Part shown: one piece after another, positions 8,648-18,448 of the stretch | Layout of the letters: each line of letters starts with the position of its first letter | Position numbering within the stretch: position 1 is the first letter of the stretch | IMG/VR virus record: IMGVR_UViG_3300035180_000343 | Location: 1-64,000 of that record | DNA length: 64,000 bases | Direction: 5' to 3' (one strand) | From: a virus | Translations under genes and position numbers: made by a program | Notes under the pieces: model-generated | Databases searched by the model: none | What the model was told of the DNA's origin: nothing | What the model saw: only the letters and a program-made list of their open reading frames with translations

Positions 8648-10561
8648 ATGGGCAGTTTTTCATTATCGCCAGTAGTCGAAATTAAAGAGAGCGTATTATC
8701 GCAGGTCGTGCCAGCAGTTTCAACATCAATCGGAGCATTTGCGGGTGATTTTGCCTGGGGCCCAGTTGATGAATGGAACATCATCGATTCTGAAAATACA
8801 TTAGTAACCCGTTTTGGCAAACCAACCGATACTGTGGCAATTGATTGGATGATCGCCGCAAGTTTCTTGGCTTATACAAATAATCTTAAACTTGTTCGTG
8901 TAATCGGCACTGGTTCGTATAATGCCGGATATCCAAGTGGCACATATACAGTTAAGAATGAAACTCAATATGAAATGTCTCCACCACTTACTGCTAACTT
9001 TGTAGCAAAATATCCAGGTGTGCTTGGTAATTCGTTAAAAGTTTCGATGGCAGACAGTTCAAACTTCAATACTTGGAATTATCGTTCGGAGTTCGGTACT
9101 GCAACAACCATTGGAATTGTTGGAACAACCACCAATGCTAGTACGTCAATTACTGCTATTCCAGCCAATGTTGTTTCAAATATTGTAGTAGGTAGCGTAG
9201 TTACTGGAACAGGGATTCCCGCAAATACTACGGTTGTTTCGGTAAATGTTGCTAACGCAAGTATGGTAATTTCAAATGCTGCCACCGCCTCCGGAACTTC
9301 AGTTGCACTTAGCATTGTCTATTATAGCGGAACCCCAGGAACGACTAAATTTGTTTCTAATGCTGGCGGGTCAAACGACGAAATGCACATCGTAGTTGTT
9401 GACGAAGATGGACTCTGGACTGGTGTTCCTGGAACGGTTCTTGAAAAATATACTGGTGTTTCTAAAGCGTTTGATGCTAAAGACTCCGACAACATGAGCA
9501 ATTATTATGCTACCGTTCTAAATCGTGGCTCTTCTTATATTTGGTTTGGTGGTCTTCATATTGTCGCTGGTTGGGCAAGTGCGTCTTCTAATTCAACTTT
9601 TGCTTCCATCGGCGCCACAACTTCTACTTTTTCTTTAGTAGGTGGAACATCAGTTGCCCCAACTGTATCCCAAAAGATTGCTGGTTATAGTCTCTTTAGT
9701 AGTGCAGAAGAGGTTGATATTTCTCTAGTCATCGGTGCAGGTTTCACGGATTCAAGTTCACAAACACTTGCCAATCAATATATCATTCAAAATATTGCGG
9801 CTGTTCGTCGTGACTGTGTTGCATTCGTTTCTCCACCAGGTGAAGCAGTTATCAATAATCCAACTAACGAAATTTCTGCAATCATCAATCATAGAAATCA
9901 ACTTCCAGGCACTTCTACAATCGGAACTTATGGATTTATGGATTCTGGTTGGAAAATGATGTATGATCGGTATAATGACAAATTCCGTTGGGTTCCATTG
10001 TGTGGTGACATGGCTGGGTTGTGTGCATATACTGATATGATCGCAGACCCGTGGTTTGCTCCAGGTGGCTTCAATCGCGGCGGGCTTAAGAACGTAGTAA
10101 AATTGGCATACAATCCAAAAACAAAAGCAGAGCGTGATACGCTGGCTCAAATGCAAGTAAACTGCGTTGTAAACTTTGCTGGGTTTGGTCCAGTACTTTT
10201 TGACAACCTAACACTACAACAACAAAAAGATGCATTTGCTGACCTTAACGTTCGTCGGTTGTTTATCATAATGGAAAAGGCTATTTCTACCTATGCGAAG
10301 TTCCTATTGTTCGAATTCAACGACGTGTTTACTCGTACTCGTTTCGTGAATCAAGTGTCACCATATTTACGCGACATTCAAGGTCGCCGTGGCATCAATG
10401 ATTTCAAGGTGATTGCTGATGAAACAGTTAATACTCCAGATGTAATTGAGAATAATCAATTCGTTGGTAAGATTCTTGTTAAGCCAGCAAGAGCAATTCG
10501 TATTATCACTCTAAACTTCGTTGCTGCTGCTCAAGGTGTTAGCTTCGACGAACAAGCCTAA
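8648..10561 (+). CDS. gp18: Tail sheath protein
   Basis: LSPVVEIKE, FAWGPVDE, YDRYNDKFRWVP, PWFAPGGFNRG and LNVRRLF motifs. Confidence 0.97.
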   Translation: MGSFSLSPVVEIKESVLSQVVPAVSTSIGAFAGDFAWGPVDEWNIIDSENTLVTRFGKPTDTVAIDWMIAASFLAYTNNLKLVRVIGTGSYNAGYPSGTYTVKNETQYEMSPPLTANFVAKYPGVLGNSLKVSMADSSNFNTWNYRSEFGTATTIGIVGTTTNASTSITAIPANVVSNIVVGSVVTGTGIPANTTVVSVNVANASMVISNAATASGTSVALSIVYYSGTPGTTKFVSNAGGSNDEMHIVVVDEDGLWTGVPGTVLEKYTGVSKAFDAKDSDNMSNYYATVLNRGSSYIWFGGLHIVAGWASASSNSTFASIGATTSTFSLVGGTSVAPTVSQKIAGYSLFSSAEEVDISLVIGAGFTDSSSQTLANQYIIQNIAAVRRDCVAFVSPPGEAVINNPTNEISAIINHRNQLPGTSTIGTYGFMDSGWKMMYDRYNDKFRWVPLCGDMAGLCAYTDMIADPWFAPGGFNRGGLKNVVKLAYNPKTKAERDTLAQMQVNCVVNFAGFGPVLFDNLTLQQQKDAFADLNVRRLFIIMEKAISTYAKFLLFEFNDVFTRTRFVNQVSPYLRDIQGRRGINDFKVIADETVNTPDVIENNQFVGKILVKPARAIRIITLNFVAAAQGVSFDEQA

Positions 10562-10567
10562 ATCAAA

Positions 10568-10592
10568 TGGGGAGGAAACTCCCCATAAATAA
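10568..10592 (+). promoter_or_regulatory. 8-bp GAAA-loop hairpin overlapping late promoter CATAAATA between gp18 and gp19
   Basis: ATGGGGAG-GAAA-CTCCCCAT, with CATAAATA at 10585-10592. Confidence 0.65.
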
Positions 10593-10617
10593 TTAAAAAT
10601 ATTTGGAGAAATAAAAG

Positions 10618-11154
10618 ATGTCAGCTGCTTCAATTAACGACTTTAAAGCACAGTTCTTAGGCGGTGCAAGACCGAACTTGTACCAAGTGATTCAACCGTT
10701 TCCATTGATTCTTGGTGTTCCTGCTGCAACCGAAAAGCTAAAATTCTTTTGTAAAGGATTCGAACTTCCAGGTATCAGCACAAACCCTATTGAAGTTCCA
10801 TATATGGGGCGTCAGTTGAAAGTTGCTGGCGACAGAACGTTTGACGATGTAACGATGACTGTTATTAACGATTTGGATTTTACTATTCGAAATACATTTG
10901 AACGTTGGTCAAACCTTATCAATGGCCACGAAAAGAACCAAGGTAAGATGAATCCAGCCGATTATCAAGTTGACACGATGGTAAACCAGCTAGATAGAGA
11001 TGGAAACATTTTGAAATCTTATATTTTAATCGGCACATTTCCGACTAGCATTTCTAATATTGATCTGGGATATGAGAATAACGACACTATTGAAGAGTTC
11101 ACTGTTAGCCTTGCATATCAATATTGGCTTGATCCAGTCAACGGTATTGTTTAA
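10618..11154 (+). CDS. gp19: Tail tube protein
   Basis: GGARPNLY, KLKVAGDRTFDD-like motif, TIEEFTVSLAYQYW. Confidence 0.96.
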   Translation: MSAASINDFKAQFLGGARPNLYQVIQPFPLILGVPAATEKLKFFCKGFELPGISTNPIEVPYMGRQLKVAGDRTFDDVTMTVINDLDFTIRNTFERWSNLINGHEKNQGKMNPADYQVDTMVNQLDRDGNILKSYILIGTFPTSISNIDLGYENNDTIEEFTVSLAYQYWLDPVNGIV

Positions 11155-11163
11155 TTCGGTATC

Positions 11164-11201
11164 GAGGGAACAATTGACTCAATATTGTTCCCTCATAAAT
11201 A
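11164..11201 (+). promoter_or_regulatory. 11-bp hairpin abutting late promoter CATAAATA upstream of the endonuclease
   Basis: GAGGGAACAAT...ATTGTTCCCTC (11164-11194), promoter at 11194-11201. Confidence 0.6.
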
Positions 11202-11205
11202 CGTT

Positions 11206-12888
11206 ATGATTGACTATTCTGTTTTCATTACGAAATCTGGAACTCTTAATTCAAAGAGAATTAAGGATATTCCAATTCTTGATGGATTTCCAGATGCCAT
11301 AACTTCTGCATACGTAACAATCAACGAGATTCAAGAACCGAAGCGATGTCTAAATTGTAATTCAATAATTCCAGTCGATTCCTTTAGAGTTGGATGGCGC
11401 CCAAATCAGATTGCATGCTCGCGCCAATGTTTAGATTCCCTTTCTCATACTATTGTGAAAGAGAAAAGAAATCAAACGATGCTTGAGAGATATGGTGTCG
11501 AAAACGCATCTCAATCGGAAGATTTTCGACAAAAGAGGAAGTCAACAAATCTAGCCAAGTTTGGAGTTGAATATTCGCTTTCATCTCCAATAGTTAGAGA
11601 TGCAATAAATGCCACGGTTGAACAACGATATGGGGTTTCAAGTGTTACCCAAATTCCAGAAGTTAGGGAAAAACAACTGAAAACGATGCTTGAGAGATAT
11701 GGTGTCGCTAACCCGATGCAAAACGAGGATATGCTGAATAGAGCGCTCGACACCAAAAGAGTGAGATACAATTGGAAAGAAAAGATCGAAGATATAAAAC
11801 CAGTGTTTGGATTTCCATATCGAGTGTTGCTTAACGAAGATGTTATGGTGATCTTGAATGACAAAGATCGTCTAATTGAAGAATATGAAAAATACGGGTC
11901 ATTCGATCTTGCCGAAAGATGGGGATGTAATTACCAACTAATTCAATCGTATCTAAAAAAGCATGGATATGTTTTCAAACAAAAACAAACGAGTTTCATC
12001 GAGAGGAAGATAACGAATTTTCTTGACGATCTCGGAATTGAATATGAGCTTCACAATCGAACGATATTGGATGGAAAAGAAATCGACATCTTCGTTCCAG
12101 AGGCAAACCTTGGGATTGAAGTGCATGGATTATACTATCACTCATATAATCCACTTTCAACGGTCGTTGGGATAGCAGACAAGAATTACCATAAGAGTAA
12201 ATTTTTGTTGGCTAGGGAAAAGGGAATAACTCTTTTTCAATTCTTCGAAGATCAGATCTACCAGAAGATGGCCATTGTTGAGTCGATGATACGAAATAAA
12301 GTAGGTAGAATAGAAAATCGAATTTTCGCCAGAGCTACCACTGTTGACAATGTTTCAGCAAAAGACGCAAAGGAATTTTGCGAAAAGAACCATCTTAGTG
12401 GATATTCGTCTTCTTCGACACGATTGGGACTGTTCACTTCAAGTGGAGAATTGGTGTCTTTGATGACCTTTAGAAAGAATAGATTTTCAAACCATTCGTC
12501 TAACTTTGAAGTCATCCGGTTCTGCACGAAATTAAATACTACTGTAGTGGGTGGTGGATCAAAGTTGCTGTCGCACTTTTTGACGGAAATACCAAAAGAT
12601 GCGTCAATAACAACCTACTCCGATTGCATGACTGGGAACGGGTTGTCGTACGAAAAGATGGGATTTGTTTTCGTTGAACAAACTGCTCCTGGGTATTACT
12701 GGGTTCGGGATGGAAAACGAAACAACAGGATGGGGTTTCAACGAAACAAGTTAGAAAAAGTTTTTGGCAAAGAATTTGATACTTCGTTGACTGAAGATCA
12801 GATAATGTACTCTGAGGGGTTTAGAAAACTGTTTAACGCGGGAAACTTTCGATTTGTATTGGAACAACCCAAACTAAGGAACGTATGA
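11206..12888 (+). CDS. Free-standing homing endonuclease (Hef/Vsr-like PD-(D/E)XK) with N-terminal ERYGV repeats
   Basis: Repeated TMLERYGV units, GKEIDIF..GIEVHGLYYHS, and C-terminal RFCTKLNTTVVGGGSKL. Start chosen at the ATG after the promoter; the ORF track starts at 11185. Confidence 0.8.
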   Translation: MIDYSVFITKSGTLNSKRIKDIPILDGFPDAITSAYVTINEIQEPKRCLNCNSIIPVDSFRVGWRPNQIACSRQCLDSLSHTIVKEKRNQTMLERYGVENASQSEDFRQKRKSTNLAKFGVEYSLSSPIVRDAINATVEQRYGVSSVTQIPEVREKQLKTMLERYGVANPMQNEDMLNRALDTKRVRYNWKEKIEDIKPVFGFPYRVLLNEDVMVILNDKDRLIEEYEKYGSFDLAERWGCNYQLIQSYLKKHGYVFKQKQTSFIERKITNFLDDLGIEYELHNRTILDGKEIDIFVPEANLGIEVHGLYYHSYNPLSTVVGIADKNYHKSKFLLAREKGITLFQFFEDQIYQKMAIVESMIRNKVGRIENRIFARATTVDNVSAKDAKEFCEKNHLSGYSSSSTRLGLFTSSGELVSLMTFRKNRFSNHSSNFEVIRFCTKLNTTVVGGGSKLLSHFLTEIPKDASITTYSDCMTGNGLSYEKMGFVFVEQTAPGYYWVRDGKRNNRMGFQRNKLEKVFGKEFDTSLTEDQIMYSEGFRKLFNAGNFRFVLEQPKLRNV

Positions 12889-14501
12889 AAATATTTGGAT
12901 TTGATCTCTTTAAAAAAGAAGAAAAGGCTTTAGATGAGCCGTTGAAATCTCCTATTGCCGACATGGAGGCAGAGGAAGGTTACTTCATTGAAACGGCTGG
13001 GTTGCGTGATGGAATAACTGACATGACCGATTCTTCTTCAATGAGGGAGAATGATCTAATAAATCAATATCGGTCACTTTCTCTATTGCCAGAAGTTGAT
13101 AGAGCAATCTCAGAAATCGTAAATGAACTGTTAGTCATAAACCCATCTTCCGACTTTCCTATCTCTATTGATATCGAAGGAAAAGATATTGCGGCAGGTA
13201 TTAAGAAAAAGATAATCGAAGAGTTCAAAGCCGTTCAACGGATAATGGACTTCAAGCGTAATGGAAATAATATTCTCCGTCGTTTTTATATAGATGGAAG
13301 AATTCGGTTTCATCTTGTTGTCGATGATAAAGCAAAGAAAGATGGCATCAAAGAAATCAGGATGATTGATCCTAGAAAGATCAAACGAGTTGTTGAAATT
13401 CAACGCTCGACCGAAAATGATGTAATTATGACTGCTAAGGCGGATGAATATTTTACATATAATTCATATATTACATTAAATCGCGGTTTTAATTCAATTC
13501 AACAAACGATTAAAGTCGATAGAAATTTAATTGCAAGCGCAAATTCTGGAGTATTTATTGAATCTGAAGCGAGCAATCGACAAATTCCAATTTCACATCT
13601 TCAAAGTGCAATCAAAGTTGCTAATCAATTGAACATGATTGAAGACTCTTCAATCATTTATAAACTTAGCCGTGCACCAGAACGCAGAGCATTTTATGTA
13701 GATACTGGCAATCTACCAAAGCAGAAAGCAGAACAATATGTTCTTGGAATGATGCAAAAATTCCAAAATAAGATGGTCTACGATACGACCACAGGTAAGG
13801 TTAAAGACGCAAAGAATGTGATGTCGATTTTGGAAGATTTCTGGTTGCCAAGAAAAGAGGGCAACAGAGGAACTGAAATTCAAACTCTTCCAGGTGGAAC
13901 TGGTTTAGGTTCTGTTGATGAAATTCTATATTTCCAACAAAAACTTTATAAGGCTTTGAAAATTCCAATTTCTAGGCTAGAACCAGACAAGGCATTCACT
14001 CTTGGCCGTTCGTCTGAGATTTCTAGAGAAGAAATCAAATTTCAAAAGTTCATCGAAAGCATTCGATCCAGATTTGAAATTGCGCTTCTGGATATGATTA
14101 GAACCCAGTGTGTTCTAAAGAATATTATAACGCTTCAAGAGTTCAAAGAATTCTTGCCTCGGATTAAGTTTCAATGGGATTCCGATTCATACTGGGATGA
14201 GTTGAAAGAAACGGAAATGTGGAATACTCGGTTTTCGTTGCTTCAAACAATTGATCCATTTATTGGTCGGTTTGTTGACCCAGAGTGGGTTATGAAAAAC
14301 GTTCTAAAGTTTGATGACGAAGAAATTGGTAAAATGATAAAGAAGGCCGATTCTGCTCCAGAAGAACCTACGGGAGAAGAACCACCTGCAAATAAACCGC
14401 CCGAAGATAAAACAATAGAACCAATGCTTCCCGGAGATCCAGGAGATCCAGGAGACAAGAAAAATCTTGAGTTTTTGGACAAGACCCCACCCGGTGTATA
14501 G
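12885..14501 (+). CDS. gp20: Portal protein
   Basis: FYIDGRI, YKLSRAPERRAFYVDTGNLPK, EDFWLPRKEGNRGTEI. Confidence 0.97.
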   Translation: MKIFGFDLFKKEEKALDEPLKSPIADMEAEEGYFIETAGLRDGITDMTDSSSMRENDLINQYRSLSLLPEVDRAISEIVNELLVINPSSDFPISIDIEGKDIAAGIKKKIIEEFKAVQRIMDFKRNGNNILRRFYIDGRIRFHLVVDDKAKKDGIKEIRMIDPRKIKRVVEIQRSTENDVIMTAKADEYFTYNSYITLNRGFNSIQQTIKVDRNLIASANSGVFIESEASNRQIPISHLQSAIKVANQLNMIEDSSIIYKLSRAPERRAFYVDTGNLPKQKAEQYVLGMMQKFQNKMVYDTTTGKVKDAKNVMSILEDFWLPRKEGNRGTEIQTLPGGTGLGSVDEILYFQQKLYKALKIPISRLEPDKAFTLGRSSEISREEIKFQKFIESIRSRFEIALLDMIRTQCVLKNIITLQEFKEFLPRIKFQWDSDSYWDELKETEMWNTRFSLLQTIDPFIGRFVDPEWVMKNVLKFDDEEIGKMIKKADSAPEEPTGEEPPANKPPEDKTIEPMLPGDPGDPGDKKNLEFLDKTPPGV

Positions 14502-14503
14502 CG

Positions 14504-14511
14504 TATAAATA
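14504..14511 (+). promoter_or_regulatory. Late promoter
   Basis: Exact TATAAATA. Confidence 0.8.
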
Positions 14512-14540
14512 ACTTTATGAATTGAAAAGGATTTGTTAAA

Positions 14541-14804
14541 ATGCTAGAAAAAGATGAAATTATTCAATTACTTAAACAAAAAGTAGTTAAAAAGATCGGT
14601 CAACTCAGAGAGCAAGAAGAAAAGGAATTCTCCGAAAGATTAAATGAGTCTGACGACGATGACGACGATAAAGTTCGCAAATCTCGTAAAGGTGACAAAT
14701 CCAACGATGACGAAGACCTCGACGATGCAGACCTTGATGACGACGATGACGACGATAACGACGATGACGACGAAGTCAGCAAAGGTAAAAAGGGCGACAA
14801 ATAA
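14541..14804 (+). CDS. gp67: Prohead core protein, gp67-like, with acidic tail
   Basis: Directly follows gp20 and has an Asp-rich C-terminus. Confidence 0.6.
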   Translation: MLEKDEIIQLLKQKVVKKIGQLREQEEKEFSERLNESDDDDDDKVRKSRKGDKSNDDEDLDDADLDDDDDDDNDDDDEVSKGKKGDK

Positions 14805-14806
14805 TC

Positions 14807-15067
14807 ATGGATAAGACAACAATTTTCGAAAAGCTCTCTGATAAGGTTGGTTCCAAGATCGAGAGGATTCGACAACAAATTGCCGAACAAATTTTTGTAA
14901 ACGAAAAACAAGATGAGTTCTACATCGTCAAGGGGTTAGTCGATTTCGAAATTGTTGCTGGGCCGTTTGATTCGATGATAAAAGCCAGGCAAGAAAAGAA
15001 GAACATGAAAGATTCTGATCAATTGTCCATCGTATCGTCTAAAGAATTGAAGGCAAAAACAAAATGA
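14807..15067 (+). CDS. gp67-like paralog
   Basis: N-terminal helix similar to both neighbours. Confidence 0.55.
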   Translation: MDKTTIFEKLSDKVGSKIERIRQQIAEQIFVNEKQDEFYIVKGLVDFEIVAGPFDSMIKARQEKKNMKDSDQLSIVSSKELKAKTK

Positions 15068-15417
15068 TTGATTCTACCCAAATTCATCAGACTCTTCAAA
15101 AGAAGGTCGGAGAGTTAATCGAAGATATTAGATTTCAGCTCGAGTCTTCGCTTCTTTCTGAAGTCAAGATGAAGCGGGTTATTCGAGGCGGAAAAGTAGT
15201 TAAAAAGGTTGCTGTCAAGAAAAAGGGATTCAAAATCAAACGTGTCGGCAATAAAGTCATGTTTGTTAGAGAAAAACCATCTGAGAAACGCAGACGTGCT
15301 AAGGCGATGAAAAAAGCCTGGAAGAAAGGCAAATCCAAACGTTTAAACAAGACTAAAAAGTCGATGAAGAAAACTCGTAGAAAAATGAAAGCAATGAAAT
15401 CGCTGTATAGGAAATAG
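15064..15417 (+). CDS. gp68: Prohead core protein gp68-like (Lys/Arg-rich)
   Basis: KRVIRGGKVVKK...KKAWKK, located just before gp21. Confidence 0.7.
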   Translation: MIDSTQIHQTLQKKVGELIEDIRFQLESSLLSEVKMKRVIRGGKVVKKVAVKKKGFKIKRVGNKVMFVREKPSEKRRRAKAMKKAWKKGKSKRLNKTKKSMKKTRRKMKAMKSLYRK

Positions 15418-15426
15418 GAAGCAATC

Positions 15427-16089
15427 ATGATTTTAATTGAATCTCAGTTTGTAACTGAAGCAAAGAAAGAGGACGATGCTGGAGCAAAATCTTGGAAGAT
15501 CCAAGGTGTGTTCATGCAGGCCGAAGCTCAAAACAAAAACAATCGAATCTATCCTTCTAAAGTCTTATCTAGAGAAACAAATAGATATGTAAATGAATTC
15601 GTAAAAACCAATCGAGCAGTCGGCGAATTAAGCCATCCACAAAGCTCCACAATAAATCCAGATCGCGCCGCAATCTTAATTGAGTCGATTGACCAAACTG
15701 GTAACGACTATATTGGAAAGGCAAAAGTTTTAAATACCCCATGTGGCAAAATCATCCAGGCTCTATTAGAAGGTGGTGTCCAGATCGGGGTATCTTCACG
15801 TGGGCAGGGTTCAGTTAAAAAGCTGAACAATGGCATTTCAGAAGTACAAGATGACTATAATTTAATTTGCATTGATGCGGTAATGTCGCCATCCGCTCCT
15901 AAAGCGTTTGTTGAAGGACTCTACGAATCTACTGAAATCGAAAACATATTAAGTGATTCGATGATGTTAGAAGAGTTTTATCAATGGCTTACAGAGAAAC
16001 GAGCAAGTAAGATGATCTCGAATTCAAAAGAAAGAGAACAAAAACTAATTGCAAGTTTCCAAAAAGCACTCCAACAAATTAAGTCTTAG
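15427..16089 (+). CDS. gp21: Prohead protease
   Basis: IQGVFMQAE, NRIYP, GELSHP, GVSSRGQGS and DAVMSPSAP motifs. Confidence 0.96.
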   Translation: MILIESQFVTEAKKEDDAGAKSWKIQGVFMQAEAQNKNNRIYPSKVLSRETNRYVNEFVKTNRAVGELSHPQSSTINPDRAAILIESIDQTGNDYIGKAKVLNTPCGKIIQALLEGGVQIGVSSRGQGSVKKLNNGISEVQDDYNLICIDAVMSPSAPKAFVEGLYESTEIENILSDSMMLEEFYQWLTEKRASKMISNSKEREQKLIASFQKALQQIKS

Positions 16090-16109
16090 AAATCAAAAAT
16101 CTAAAATTG

Positions 16110-16147
16110 TATAAATACTTTAAAGAATTTTAAACTTAGAAAGGAAG
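16110..16147 (+). promoter_or_regulatory. Late promoter plus 20-nt leader motif for gp22
   Basis: TATAAATA at 16110-16117 and TTTTAAACTTAGAAAGGAAG at 16128-16147. Confidence 0.75.
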
Positions 16148-16154
16148 ACCCAAA

Positions 16155-16973
16155 ATGGATATTGAATTGGACCAAAAAACCAAAGAAAAGTTGCAGAATA
16201 TTATTGAGGATATTGTCGAAGATGTTTCGATTGACAAATTGTTCAAGGATGCTGAGCTATCTGAAGAAACGGTTGTTCAGCTGAAAGGTTTGTTCGAAAT
16301 TGCTGTTAACGAAGCAATAAAAGAAAAACAAGCTGTTCTTGACGAAGAGTTCGAGACTCGTCTTGCTGAAGAAACTGCTAAGATCGAAGAAAAACTTACT
16401 GCCGACACCGATGCTTATCTTTCCTATGTTGCTGAACAATGGGTTGAAGAAAACCATATTGCAGTTGAATCTGGAGTAAAGGTTGAAATTGCTGAAGGTT
16501 TTATCAATGGGTTAAAGAATCTTTTGGCTGAACATAATATTGATCTGTCAACTGAAGAAATTTCCCAGATTGAGCTTGTTAAAGAAGAAAAGGATGCGGT
16601 GCAGGCTGATCTAGTAAAAGCAATCACCAAGATTAATGAACAAAACAAAGAACTCGTTTCTATTAAGAAAGCTCAAATCTTTTTTGAGAAAACGAAAGAC
16701 ATGTCCGAAGCTCAGGCAGAAAAAGTTAAAGAACTTGTAGCAGTTCTTGATGAAAATAAAACCCCAAAAGAATATGCTTTGATTCTTGAAAGTCTTTCCC
16801 ATAACTTAGTCGAAGGCAATTCTAAAGAAGATAATAAAGAAGTCGTTGAAATCAAAGAAAATATTGAATCTGACGATGACTCCGGATCTCTTGAAACTGT
16901 TGAAATTCCAGAAAGCATGAAGGCTTATGCGTCTGCTATTTCTCGTCAAGTTAAGATTGGCAAAGCCGCTTAA
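16155..16973 (+). CDS. gp22: Prohead scaffold protein
   Basis: LFEIAVN, DAYLSYVAEQWVEEN..AVESGVK and MKAYASAI motifs. Confidence 0.93.
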   Translation: MDIELDQKTKEKLQNIIEDIVEDVSIDKLFKDAELSEETVVQLKGLFEIAVNEAIKEKQAVLDEEFETRLAEETAKIEEKLTADTDAYLSYVAEQWVEENHIAVESGVKVEIAEGFINGLKNLLAEHNIDLSTEEISQIELVKEEKDAVQADLVKAITKINEQNKELVSIKKAQIFFEKTKDMSEAQAEKVKELVAVLDENKTPKEYALILESLSHNLVEGNSKEDNKEVVEIKENIESDDDSGSLETVEIPESMKAYASAISRQVKIGKAA

Positions 16974-16990
16974 TCAAAAATTACGATTTA

Positions 16991-17043
16991 TATAAATACT
17001 TTAACAGAAACAAAAATTTACATTTTTAAACTTAGAAAGGAAG
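16991..17043 (+). promoter_or_regulatory. Late promoter plus the same 20-nt leader motif for gp23
   Basis: TATAAATA at 16991-16998 and an identical 20-mer at 17024-17043. Confidence 0.75.
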
Positions 17044-17050
17044 TAAAAAC

Positions 17051-18448
17051 ATGGAATCGAATTTGATCCAAGAAGAATCTTTAGTAAAGAAGTGGAGTCC
17101 AATTCTAGAACACGCAGATCTGGCTCCTATTAACGACCCATATCGCAAGATGGTAACTGCGGTTTTGATGGAAAACCAAGAAAAGAACAAGCACTTGCAT
17201 GAAACTGCTCCTGCTAACGCAACTGGTGCTGGTATTGCTAATTGGGATCCGGTATTGATTGGTATGATTCGTCGTTCCACTCCTTACCTAATTGGCTTTG
17301 ATATTGCTGGCGTCCAGCCAATGACTCTGCCAACTGGCCTAGTGTTCGCAATGCGTTCGCGTTATAGTGCACAAGCTGGTACAGAAGCACTATTTAACGA
17401 AGCAAACACTGCTTACTCTGGTACTGGTACCCATCTAACTGCTCCAGTTTCTCTAGCATTCGCCGCTACCCTAACCAATGCTTCTGCCAACGTAACAGTA
17501 ACTGATACCTCCAAGATTGTTGTTGGTTCCCAAGTTTGGTCGGCTGCTGGTTCCCTTGGAACTGTTGCTTCTATTACGTCCGGCACTGTGTTCGTTCTAA
17601 GTGCTGCTTATGCCGGTACATCTGGCACCGTTAACATTTCCTTAATCCCAACCACTGGCACTGGAATGTCAACTTCTACTGGTGAAAGTGATATTACTGG
17701 CCAGATGGCTCTAAGCGTGGAAAAGGTGACTGTTTCCGCTCTTACTCGCCAATTGAAGGCTGAATATTCAATCGAACTACAACAAGACCTACAAGCTGTT
17801 CATGGTCTTGATGCAGAATCCGAATTGGCAAATATTCTTTCCAATGAAATTATTACAGAAACCAATCGCGAAATTCTTCGTCAAATCTATTCCCAAGCAA
17901 CTTTGGGCGCAAGAGCTGACACCGCAGTTCCAGGTCGTTTTAATCTAGCAACTGATAGTGATGGTCGTTGGGCTTCTGAGAAATTCAAAGGTCTTCACTT
18001 CTCCCTAGAGCGTGATGCAAACGGTATTATGGTTGATACCAAGCGTGGCAAAGGTAACTTTGTTGTGGTTAGTGCAGACGTAGCTTCTGCTCTAAACATG
18101 GCTGGCCTAATGCTTGGACCATCTGGTCTTGGAAACGGCGAAATTACCAGTGACTTTACTACGAGCACAATGGTTGGTACGCTGAAGAGTGGTATGAAGG
18201 TATATGTTGATCCTTATGCAACTAATAACTTCTACTGTGTTGGTTATAAAGGCACGAGCCCATGGGATGCTGGCTATTTTTACTGCCCATACGTTCCATT
18301 GACGATGTATCGTGCAACTGACCCAACCACCTTCCAACCAAAGATTGCGTTCAAAACACGTTATGGTCAGACTGCTAACCCACTGTTCGGTGGTGGCACT
18401 CGTACCAACTCTTATTATCGTGTAGCAGAAGTTGCTAATCTGGTCTAA
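17051..18448 (+). CDS. gp23: Major capsid protein
   Basis: KWSPIL, GVQPMTLPTGLVFAMR, RQLKAEYSIELQQDL, YCPYVPL and FQPKIAFKTRYG motifs. Confidence 0.98.
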   Translation: MESNLIQEESLVKKWSPILEHADLAPINDPYRKMVTAVLMENQEKNKHLHETAPANATGAGIANWDPVLIGMIRRSTPYLIGFDIAGVQPMTLPTGLVFAMRSRYSAQAGTEALFNEANTAYSGTGTHLTAPVSLAFAATLTNASANVTVTDTSKIVVGSQVWSAAGSLGTVASITSGTVFVLSAAYAGTSGTVNISLIPTTGTGMSTSTGESDITGQMALSVEKVTVSALTRQLKAEYSIELQQDLQAVHGLDAESELANILSNEIITETNREILRQIYSQATLGARADTAVPGRFNLATDSDGRWASEKFKGLHFSLERDANGIMVDTKRGKGNFVVVSADVASALNMAGLMLGPSGLGNGEITSDFTTSTMVGTLKSGMKVYVDPYATNNFYCVGYKGTSPWDAGYFYCPYVPLTMYRATDPTTFQPKIAFKTRYGQTANPLFGGGTRTNSYYRVAEVANLV

